DNA from: an uncultured Bacteroidales bacterium
GTDB lineage: Bacteria; Bacteroidota; Bacteroidia; Bacteroidales; UBA10428
Assembly: GCA_964615995.1 (NCBI GenBank)
Contig: CAZTSR010000006.1
Coordinates: 11,055 to 75,054 of the forward strand
Direction: 5' to 3'
DNA: 64,000 bases
The notes under the pieces were generated by a model that searched no databases, was not told where the DNA came from, and worked only from the letters and a program-made list of their open reading frames with translations. The position numbers were made by a program, and so were the translations under genes. Position 1 is the first letter of the stretch. Each line of letters opens with the position of its first letter. Shown here one piece after another: positions 56,633-64,000 of this stretch.

Positions 56633-56640
56633 TATTTTTG
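56633..56640 (+). promoter_or_regulatory. putative -7 promoter box (TATTTTTG) upstream of the GT2 gene
   Basis: Exact TAnnTTTG, 24 nt upstream of the ATG at 56665. Confidence 0.3.
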
Positions 56641-56664
56641 CATCCCCAGATAATTACAATCTAA

Positions 56665-57546
56665 ATGAAACGTACAGCAATCCTTATTCCTATATTCAAT
56701 GGACTTGAATACACGAAAAAATGTATTTCACAACTTACAGATTTAATTAATAAAACAAATTCGGAGGTTGAATATAAAATATTAGTCATAGATGACGCTT
56801 CACAAGATGGCAGTTACGACTATATTAAAAAAAATTTTCCGCACGTTATACTTTTAAAAGGTGACGGTAACCTTTGGTGGAGTGGCGGTATAAATGTTGG
56901 AGCACGTTATGCCATTGAAGAAATAAATATGGATTATTTGTTATTATGGAACAATGACGTATATCCCGGACAAGATTACTTTTTTGAACTTAATAAGATA
57001 ATTGAAATTACGGATGGTAATGAAATAATTGGTTCAAAGGTATATTTTTCGCATAAACCAGGGATAATACAAGCATATGGAGGTTACTTTAATCCAAAAA
57101 CAGGGGTAAAGTATACATATGGATACAACAGCGAAGAAAAAGAAAAATTCAATGCAGATTTAGAATGTGAGTGGTTACCCGGAATGGGGACACTTGTTTC
57201 AGCAAAAGCGGCTGTAAAACTTAATTATTGGGATGAAAAACATTTTCCCCAATATCATGGAGATAGCGATTTCACATATCGTGCTAAAAAAGCCGGATAT
57301 TCAGTTAAAGTTGTTCCTCAATTGAAGATATGGAATAACACAGAAAACACGGGTATTAATTATCCTTCAAACCTTAAACTTCTGTGGCAATCTTTTTCTT
57401 CAATCCGCTCTGATTATAATATTAAAAAGGATATTCTGTTTTACAAGTTCCATGCAACATCCATTTTCAGTTTATGGGGGCTATTGGAAAAATATTTCTG
57501 GTTGTTTTATGGTATGTTCAAACGTAATATACTGAAACGCTCATAA
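56665..57546 (+). CDS. glycosyltransferase family 2
   Basis: RTAILIPIFNGLEYTKKCI...VIDDASQDGS and a rhamnosyltransferase-like GT-A core (LLWNNDV). 293 aa. Confidence 0.8.
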   Translation: MKRTAILIPIFNGLEYTKKCISQLTDLINKTNSEVEYKILVIDDASQDGSYDYIKKNFPHVILLKGDGNLWWSGGINVGARYAIEEINMDYLLLWNNDVYPGQDYFFELNKIIEITDGNEIIGSKVYFSHKPGIIQAYGGYFNPKTGVKYTYGYNSEEKEKFNADLECEWLPGMGTLVSAKAAVKLNYWDEKHFPQYHGDSDFTYRAKKAGYSVKVVPQLKIWNNTENTGINYPSNLKLLWQSFSSIRSDYNIKKDILFYKFHATSIFSLWGLLEKYFWLFYGMFKRNILKRS

Positions 57547-57577
57547 TAATGTCGTTCTTTTAACTTTTATACGCCAT

Positions 57578-58483
57578 ATGGTTACTCTTGCAATTTGCAT
57601 ATCCACTTTTAAAAGACCGCAAGGTCTCGAATCTTTGCTTGAAAGTATCTCAAACCAGAAAAACTTCGAGAAATATATTAATAAAATCATTGTCACGATT
57701 GCCGATAACGAAAATCCTCCTCGTACAGAAGAAATCGCTAAGAACTTTGAAAGAAAAACAGGGATCGAAGTTCGATGGGCTCATGAACCGAACAGTGGAG
57801 TAACCTTTACCAGGAACACTACTGTAAGACTTGCAAGTAATGCTGATTACTGTTTTTTTGTTGATGATGATCAGATTATGGACGAGAATTGCCTGGCAGA
57901 ACTTTTTAAAATAAAAGATGAATATAATGCCGATATGGTTTACGGTAATGCGCCTCCTTTATTTCCAAATGAAAATATACCTGCATACATAAAAGACTAC
58001 TTTATTGAATCGCATGGTAAGGACGGGGACTTGTTACCGTTTGCACCTACAAACGCTTTATTAATAAATCGGGAAATTCTTAAATCTTTTGATGGGCCCT
58101 TCAATAACCGTTTTGCTCATACTGGTGGAGAGGATACTTTTCTAACCATGAGCCTTATCAAAAAAGGATTCGAAATTGTAAAATCAGAAAAGGCATTTGC
58201 ATTCAATATAGTTCCATTAAGCAGGTGCTCAGTAAAATTTATACTAAAAAGAGTTATGCGCGAATCAGCTATTTTTTCTAATATAACCCAGCTTCTTAAT
58301 GCCTCCTTAACGAATAAGCTTTTTCGTTCTTTAAAACTTTTTGTCAAATTTATTGCCGGACTGGTTCTTGCAATCCCTGCTCTGCTAATTGGAGGTAAAC
58401 ACAAGTTAATTGGCCTCATGTTAATTTATGATGCTGTTGGAGGTATATTAGGGTTTTTCTCTTATAAACATCATGCATACTAG
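57578..58483 (+). CDS. glycosyltransferase family 2 with C-terminal TM helix
   Basis: VTLAICISTFKRPQGLESLLESI and FFVDDDQ (DXD). C-terminal hydrophobic segment FIAGLVLAIPALLIGG. Confidence 0.75.
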   Translation: MVTLAICISTFKRPQGLESLLESISNQKNFEKYINKIIVTIADNENPPRTEEIAKNFERKTGIEVRWAHEPNSGVTFTRNTTVRLASNADYCFFVDDDQIMDENCLAELFKIKDEYNADMVYGNAPPLFPNENIPAYIKDYFIESHGKDGDLLPFAPTNALLINREILKSFDGPFNNRFAHTGGEDTFLTMSLIKKGFEIVKSEKAFAFNIVPLSRCSVKFILKRVMRESAIFSNITQLLNASLTNKLFRSLKLFVKFIAGLVLAIPALLIGGKHKLIGLMLIYDAVGGILGFFSYKHHAY

Positions 58484-58601
58484 CAAGCATAAGTATTAAA
58501 GTTTATGTTTTCCGGTGTGTGGTAAAAAGCTGACTCCGCAGGATTAATAAAATTGTATTAAATAGATTTTTCTTTATCTTTATGAATCTTTTAATTTTTT
58601 G

Positions 58602-58636
58602 ATACCATTACAAATAGCATGTGGTATTGTTTTTTT
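58602..58636 (+). terminator. weak AT-rich hairpin plus T-run downstream of the GT2 gene
   Basis: atacca (58602-58607) / tggtat (58622-58627), followed by tgttttttt. The stem is short. Confidence 0.3.
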
Positions 58637-58776
58637 CCAAAAGATCAATCCACTATAGTGCCATATATTCTAAATAGCATTGTCCCAATGACGCATCATG
58701 TTAAAACCTTGACTATATTATTTGAATTTTATCAAAACTAATTTTACCATTTATAACCCTATTAAAACCTAAACTT

Positions 58777-59487
58777 ATGTATTGTGGAAATTGCGGAAAT
58801 GAAGTAAATGAAAAAGCAATAGCTTGTCCAAAATGCGGTTTTAGTCCGAAATCTGAAAAACAGTTTTGTTATTCTTGCGGTACAGCAATAAACCCAAAGC
58901 AGTTAATTTGTGTAAAGTGCGGCGTTTCTTTGTCGAGTAAATCCTTCTCAATTAATAGAGATAGTTTGCCCAATATTGATGTGCAAAGTTTTCTTAAAAC
59001 CAAGTCTCTGGTTGTAGCGTCTATTGCATTAATAGCATGCTTTTTGCCTTGGCTTAAAGTCAATGCCGGTTTTGTTAAAGGTTTTTCTCTATTTGAATTG
59101 TCAAAATATGTTCAATATTATCCGGATACCATTCTGGAACCATTTTTGCTATACCTGTTTCCACTAACCCTTTTGGGTTTCATCCTTTCTGATTTTATCC
59201 CACAATTGGCTGGTTATAAAAAATATTTCTCCTATGGATCACTCATTCTTATTGCCTATTGTGCTATAGGAATAATTCTTGCTGCAAACCCTTCAACTCC
59301 GGAAGTATCTCCCGAGGTAAACGAATTGGGCGATCTGGGCGAATTGGGTGAAATTGCAAACCAGGCAATGGATGCAGCAAATAATATGGTAAAAGAAATG
59401 ATTTCCATCGGTTTCGGTTTCTACCTTTCCATAATCGCAACGATTGGTAGCTTTCTGTTATATTTAAAAGAGAACAAGGTCGCATAA
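58777..59487 (+). CDS. double zinc-ribbon (DZR) membrane protein
   Basis: Two CxxC...CxxC pairs (CGNCG...CPKCG; CYSCG...CVKCG), followed by about 4 TM helices and an acidic C-terminal segment. Confidence 0.7.
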   Translation: MYCGNCGNEVNEKAIACPKCGFSPKSEKQFCYSCGTAINPKQLICVKCGVSLSSKSFSINRDSLPNIDVQSFLKTKSLVVASIALIACFLPWLKVNAGFVKGFSLFELSKYVQYYPDTILEPFLLYLFPLTLLGFILSDFIPQLAGYKKYFSYGSLILIAYCAIGIILAANPSTPEVSPEVNELGDLGELGEIANQAMDAANNMVKEMISIGFGFYLSIIATIGSFLLYLKENKVA

Positions 59488-59721
59488 TCTGCTTATAAAT
59501 TTTCGAATCAATCCTATAAGTAATTATCTATATAGTAATTATAAGATTGATTATCAATGAACAGCCACATTTACACAGGTATTTACTTGTTTATATGTGG
59601 CTTAGTTATTTCACAAGGGAGCATCTCACTATATCCGCAATACGGGACGCTGCCACATAAAAGCGCTCTTAAAAAGCTATTTCTAGACTGAGTTTATTAC
59701 CTGTAGACATCATTTTTTTTA

Positions 59722-59729
59722 TAGCTTTG
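59722..59729 (+). promoter_or_regulatory. putative -7 promoter box (TAGCTTTG)
   Basis: Exact TAnnTTTG, 55 nt upstream of the ATG at 59785. An 8-bp-stem hairpin, agccacat/atgtggct (59563-59602), lies upstream and may terminate the DZR gene. Confidence 0.3.
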
Positions 59730-59784
59730 TAAAACAAGGAATATCCTTTTTTCAAAATAATAATTGTTAACACAGTAAAGATTT

Positions 59785-60525
59785 ATGATGAATATTAGAC
59801 GCACAACATTATTATTGGCGGTAAGCTTTTTCATTTTCTCAGGATCAGGATTAAAGGCACAGACCGTTAATTCAGGCCGTCAGATGGACGACCCTTCTTT
59901 GCGCGATACCATAGGGAGAAGCATCGATGCTTATTTCGCCCGGGCCACAAAGGCAAAAATGACTCCGGATGCCGAGGGTTTTATTCAAAGATGGTTACTT
60001 CTTGAACCCATCAGCAAGCCCAATCGCAGCAACACCGTTTTTACCGACAGCTATATCAGGAAAACATTTGACACTTTGTATTTCCCTAACCAGTTTACTG
60101 TTCTTCCGAAAGACGGGGATAAGGTAAAAGTCGGCGACCAGGTATTAGCATGGCATGCATTGGATAGCAAGCTCTTCAATGTAAAATTATTCCGTTTTGC
60201 TTATGGTCTGAAGAAGCCCTTTTACGGTGTAATATTCTGGACCGTAACCGTGGTAAACAGTCCTCAGGAAATGAAGAATGTAAGAATGGCCGTGGGTTCA
60301 AATTCAGCCTCCATGTGGTGGCTTAATGGCAGCGAAGCTGTTATCCTTTCCGGAGACAGGCGCATGGTCATGGATGATGTCGTATCCCCCCGCGTGACAC
60401 TGAAAAAGGGTAAGAATATTATCAGGGGAGCGGTAATCAATGGTCCCGGAATGAGTGATTTTTGCGTTCGCTTCCTCGATGAAAATGGAGCACCCATCAA
60501 AGACCTCACGATTACCTGTGAATAA
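59785..60525 (+). CDS. secreted hypothetical protein (beta-sandwich / galactose-binding-like?)
   Basis: Signal peptide LLLAVSFFIFSGSGLKAQ. 246 aa, family not recognised. Sits 41 nt upstream of the GH43 gene. Confidence 0.45.
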   Translation: MMNIRRTTLLLAVSFFIFSGSGLKAQTVNSGRQMDDPSLRDTIGRSIDAYFARATKAKMTPDAEGFIQRWLLLEPISKPNRSNTVFTDSYIRKTFDTLYFPNQFTVLPKDGDKVKVGDQVLAWHALDSKLFNVKLFRFAYGLKKPFYGVIFWTVTVVNSPQEMKNVRMAVGSNSASMWWLNGSEAVILSGDRRMVMDDVVSPRVTLKKGKNIIRGAVINGPGMSDFCVRFLDENGAPIKDLTITCE

Positions 60526-60566
60526 TATTAATCTAATGATGATCTCATTTGTAAAGAATTGAAATT

Positions 60567-62015
60567 ATGAAATCAAAAATATTCATTCTGGGCGCAATGG
60601 CCCTTTTATCTCTGTATGTTACAGAAACTGTCACGGCACAGATCGGAAAGCCATTTATTCATGATCCCTCAACGATCATGGAATGTGATGGCAAATATTA
60701 TACATTCGGCACAGGCGGAGGCGGTTTGATATCAGAAGACGGTTGGACGTGGAATAGTGGTGCGGTAAGGCCCGGCAGAGGGGCTGCTCCGGATGCCATT
60801 AAAATTGGCGACCGTTACTTGGTAGTCTATGGTTCTACTGGTGGCGGCCTGGGAGGCGGACATAATGGCCTGATCAATACGATGTGGAATAAAACGCTTG
60901 ATCCCAATTCACCCGATTTCAAATTTACAGAACCCATCGTTGTTGCTCAATCCGAAAATATGGAAGATTGCGACGCCATTGACCCCGGACTTCTTTTGGA
61001 TCCAACCGACGGTCGTTTGTGGTGTTCCTATGGCACCTATTTCGGATTTATCCGCATTATAGAACTTGACCCCAAAACAGGAATGCGCGTGGAAGGCAAT
61101 GAGGCCATCAATATTGGGATTGACTGTGAAGCCACCGATTTAATCTACCGGAATGGATGGTACTACCTGTTAGGTACACATGGCACATGCTGTGATGGTC
61201 CCAATTCAACTTACAATATTGTTGTAGGCCGGTCCAAAAAAGTTACAGGTCCGTATCTCGACAATATGGGAAGAGACATGATAAAAGGAGGTGGAAAAAT
61301 GGTGATTGCTGCGGGTGGAAGACTCGCCGGTCCCGGACACTTTGGACGCACCATTCTTGAAGACGGCGTAGAGAAAATGTCCTGTCATTTCGAATCCGAT
61401 TTGGATCAAAGCGGACGCAGTGTACTGGCTATCCGTCCCCTGCTTTGGAAAAACGACTGGCCTGTAGCCGGAGATCTTCTTAAAGAAGGCACTTACGAAA
61501 TTGAATCTGAAAGAAGGGGATATGCCCTTGAATTGATTGTGGATTTTGTGCGCATGCCTTTTAAAATGCGTTTCCCACCTAACTACGATGAGCCCGTTAC
61601 ATCTATTCCCTCACAGGAGCTGGCTGATGTAATCAATACATGGCCAACCGGAAATATCGGAGTCAGAATCGGTGATTATATGTTTCGTCCGCATCAGAAA
61701 TGGACGATAACAGCTGTACCCGATGCAGGTGGATACTTAGGCGGCCCGTATTATAAAATAGTTATTGCTGGAACCGACCGGGCATTGGCTGCAACAGCCA
61801 ATGCAGAATTAACAACGGTACCGGCATTTACAGGAGCTCCTGAACAACTATGGAGAATTGACCAACTGACAGACGGTACTTATCGAATCATGCCTAAGAT
61901 AGTCCCTGGCTCACAGGAAAAATGGACACTCATTTCAATAGGCGACAGTACACCTGCCCTCGGCAAATTCGACATGAACAGTGACAATTCCAAATGGAAT
62001 TTTAAAAATCATTAA
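60567..62015 (+). CDS. glycoside hydrolase family 43 (arabinanase-like) with C-terminal ricin-type beta-trefoil lectin domain
   Basis: Signal peptide. GKPFIHDPSTIMECDGKYYTFGTGGG (GH43 N-terminal catalytic Asp context). The C-terminus carries QxW-type repeats (HQKWTI, EQLWRI, NSKWNF). Confidence 0.8.
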   Translation: MKSKIFILGAMALLSLYVTETVTAQIGKPFIHDPSTIMECDGKYYTFGTGGGGLISEDGWTWNSGAVRPGRGAAPDAIKIGDRYLVVYGSTGGGLGGGHNGLINTMWNKTLDPNSPDFKFTEPIVVAQSENMEDCDAIDPGLLLDPTDGRLWCSYGTYFGFIRIIELDPKTGMRVEGNEAINIGIDCEATDLIYRNGWYYLLGTHGTCCDGPNSTYNIVVGRSKKVTGPYLDNMGRDMIKGGGKMVIAAGGRLAGPGHFGRTILEDGVEKMSCHFESDLDQSGRSVLAIRPLLWKNDWPVAGDLLKEGTYEIESERRGYALELIVDFVRMPFKMRFPPNYDEPVTSIPSQELADVINTWPTGNIGVRIGDYMFRPHQKWTITAVPDAGGYLGGPYYKIVIAGTDRALAATANAELTTVPAFTGAPEQLWRIDQLTDGTYRIMPKIVPGSQEKWTLISIGDSTPALGKFDMNSDNSKWNFKNH

Positions 62016-62039
62016 TATCACTCATATTTCGCAGTAAAA

Positions 62040-62078
62040 GAAAAGACGTATCTGTTATCAGGTGCGTCTTTTCTTTTC
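62040..62078 (+). terminator. rho-independent terminator
   Basis: 9-bp stem gaaaagacg (62040-62048) / cgtcttttc (62065-62073), followed by a T-rich tail. Confidence 0.7.
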
Positions 62079-62288
62079 TATTATTCAGTGCGTCAAATCG
62101 TAACCTTAATAATTGAATATCGTATCAACATTAAACTTCAGAGTTTTTCCTTCAGGTTTTTTTTATAAAACCCTGTCTTTTGTAACTATTCTGTTTTTCT
62201 CAACTGAAATACTGGATGAGTATATCATTGAGACTCACAAAGTCAGGAAAACTCTTTTAGATATACCTGATGACCTAAATAAGCAGTA

Positions 62289-62567
62289 ATGGAGATCAGT
62301 AAAACAGAAATTTTGAAGAAAATCTGCTATTCCAGGCTGGTCTATGGAAGAATCAATAAAAAGCTTCACAAAAGTTTTTTACAAAAAGAGATTGAGAAAA
62401 TGATATTTGATATTTTATGCGAAGCCCCAATATCACAATATCTTAAAAAAGGAAAAAATATTTATGTTACTCATCCTGAAAAGAATATCAGAATTACCAT
62501 TAATTCAGGCACATACAGGGTAATAACCGTGGATCTTTTAAGTCATGTACTAAGACAAAAGGACTAA
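62289..62567 (+). CDS. small DUF3781-like protein
   Basis: 92 aa. KKGKNIYVTHPEKNIRITINSGTYRVITVD resembles the DUF3781 signature as I remember it. Confidence 0.45.
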   Translation: MEISKTEILKKICYSRLVYGRINKKLHKSFLQKEIEKMIFDILCEAPISQYLKKGKNIYVTHPEKNIRITINSGTYRVITVDLLSHVLRQKD

Positions 62568-62600
62568 TCATAAATCAGAATATCAACCTTAATACATAAA

Positions 62601-63578
62601 ATGATGAAGTTTAGAAATCTATTATTTACACTTGCAGCAGTTTTGATTTTTGCTTCTTGCGAGAAAAAGGACGACAAGGGTTTACCCAAAAATTCGCACC
62701 GCTTAATAAGAGCTTATGTGGAAAGAGAGGGATATTACTACATCGATTCCTTATTCTATGATGGTGAGAAGTTGACCAGTATTATGAAATATTATAAAAA
62801 TGGAAATGAGCCATGGGAATTAACAGGCAAAACCGAAATCACCTATGATGGCAGCCATGTAACGGTACTGGAATCAAATCTTGAAACGTCAGATTGGGTA
62901 CCGAGCGAAAAGTTTGAATTCACTATTGCTGATGGGTTAATGACTGAAGAAATTGCTACAGAATTTTACAATGGAGTATGGGACCCAGAATGGAAATGGA
63001 CCTATCAGTACTCAGGGAATAACATCAAGTTATGGCAGAGTTATGAACCTGACGAAAACGGGGATTTTTATTTGGATGGTAAATGTGAGTATACCTATCA
63101 AAATGGAAAACTGACTGAAAGCATGGAATATATTCTGAATGGTGAAACCTGGTCTCAATATATTAAAACAACTTATTTATTTGATGAGGAAAAAATTGTT
63201 AACTGGACACAGAACAGAAAGGATCTTTCAGATAATTGGTTTCAGTACTACAAATCTGATTTATCATATACAGGAGATCTGGTGTCACAAATTGATGAAT
63301 ATGGCTGGGATCCAGGCGAATTAGACTGGCAACCCTCGATTTCTCTGACATTTACATATAACAGCAATGATTACTTATATGAAATCTCTTCTGAAACTGC
63401 TTATTCAGGTGCAACATCTTATACAGCCTATGAATATGAAGAAGGCAATGGCAATGCTAAATTTTTCTATTATTATCCCGAAGAAATGGTATCTGGTGAG
63501 CCTATGTTAAAAAGTGCAAACACAAAATCAAACAGAAATCATGTTCCTTATTACAAAAGAATTTTAAACCTGCAATAA
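62601..63578 (+). CDS. lipoprotein of unknown function with repeated Tyr/Gly-rich beta-hairpin-like units
   Basis: Lipobox AAVLIFASCEKKDD. Recurrent Y-x-Y-x-x-G-K/N-L units (YDGEKLTSI, YTYQNGKLTES, YQYSGNNIKL). Confidence 0.55.
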   Translation: MMKFRNLLFTLAAVLIFASCEKKDDKGLPKNSHRLIRAYVEREGYYYIDSLFYDGEKLTSIMKYYKNGNEPWELTGKTEITYDGSHVTVLESNLETSDWVPSEKFEFTIADGLMTEEIATEFYNGVWDPEWKWTYQYSGNNIKLWQSYEPDENGDFYLDGKCEYTYQNGKLTESMEYILNGETWSQYIKTTYLFDEEKIVNWTQNRKDLSDNWFQYYKSDLSYTGDLVSQIDEYGWDPGELDWQPSISLTFTYNSNDYLYEISSETAYSGATSYTAYEYEEGNGNAKFFYYYPEEMVSGEPMLKSANTKSNRNHVPYYKRILNLQ

Positions 63579-63600
63579 TTTTTGATTTCAATAGAATAGC

Positions 63601-63632
63601 AAATGGCGGTATCTTTACCGCCATTTGTTTTT
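63601..63632 (+). terminator. rho-independent terminator
   Basis: Perfect 10-bp stem aaatggcggt (63601-63610) / accgccattt (63617-63626), followed by gttttt. Confidence 0.75.
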
Positions 63633-63635
63633 AAT

Positions 63636-64000
63636 ATGACGCAACAGCAGAAAATCATCAAAGGCCCATCCATGGCTACAGGCATTCATTCTTCAGGAAA
63701 AGGGATCGTTTGTCATGATGATAAAAATGTTTTTATTGAAGGGGTTATTCCGGGAGAAGAAATCCTCTTTGTATCGGGACGCAGGAATATGGGATTCCGG
63801 ACCGGAATGATTGAAGACATTCTGAAACCTTCTCCGTTCCGCATGAGTCCATTTTGCAAACATCACAACGAATGCAGCGGGTGCAACTGGCAACATATGT
63901 CTTATGAACACCAGCTTCAATTAAAACATACCATCTTATGCAATGCACTTGAAAAATATGAGGTCAAAACGCCACCGGTTCCACCTGTGGTCTCCTCCCC
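63636..64000 (+). CDS. rlmD: 23S rRNA (uracil-5-)-methyltransferase RlmD/RumA family, 5' fragment (runs off window end)
   Basis: Hand-translated: MTQQQKIIKGPSMATGIHSSGKGIVCHDDKNVFIEGVIPGEEILFVSGRR... (TRAM-like domain), then the Fe-S Cys cluster FCKHHNECSGCNWQHMSYEHQLQLK. No stop before position 64000. Confidence 0.75.
   Translation, partial: MTQQQKIIKGPSMATGIHSSGKGIVCHDDKNVFIEGVIPGEEILFVSGRRNMGFRTGMIEDILKPSPFRMSPFCKHHNECSGCNWQHMSYEHQLQLKHTILCNALEKYEVKTPPVPPVVSS

Noticed and set aside
1-64000. Scan for tRNA or rRNA genes, CRISPR arrays, transposases, integrases, and toxin-antitoxin or other defence-system signatures.
   Set aside because: None of the intergenic regions showed cloverleaf-like or repeat-spacer structure by eye. 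No translated ORF carried a DDE, tyrosine or serine recombinase motif, or a nuclease or ATPase defence-type motif that I could recognise. This is an eye scan, not a computed search.

Overview
The window looks like Bacteroidota chromosome. That origin is inferred from gene content and from several exact TAnnTTTG (-7 type) promoter boxes, not from any search.

Layout:
- 1-17.4 kb: envelope and housekeeping genes. These are a long LptF/LptG-family permease coupled to a GT4 and a GT2 glycosyltransferase, ribBA, fmt, a glucosaminidase-LysM wall hydrolase and arcC. They are followed by a compact plus-strand gene string: acyl-CoA ligase, alpha-oxoamine synthase, GH3-family amido synthetase, LysE exporter.
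- 17.5-55 kb: a flexirubin-type pigment cluster (aryl polyene plus dialkylresorcinol). It encodes an aromatic amino acid ammonia-lyase, 3 ACPs, 4 Cys-containing ketosynthases, 2 Cys-less CLF-like partners, a short KS-like stub, FabG, 2 hotdog dehydratases and a thioesterase. It also encodes a PaaK-like ligase, DarA/DarB, two CrtI-like flavoenzymes, an ABC-2 exporter, a LolA-like protein and an MMPL-PlsC-methyltransferase fusion.
- Two inserts interrupt the cluster: a pair of DUF3857/transglutaminase-like proteins, and a self-terminated unit of an exported desulfoferrodoxin-like protein plus a small membrane ORF.
- 55-58.7 kb: a markedly AT-rich stretch with a radical SAM enzyme and two GT2 genes. 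It contains a GC-rich patch with no convincing ORF.
- Right end: a zinc-ribbon membrane protein, a secreted protein, a GH43-ricin hydrolase, a small DUF3781-like protein, a lipoprotein and the 5' part of an RlmD-type methyltransferase.

I recognised no rRNA, tRNA, CRISPR array, transposase or integrase. All family calls rest on motifs read from the translations and on memory of those families. No database search was run.
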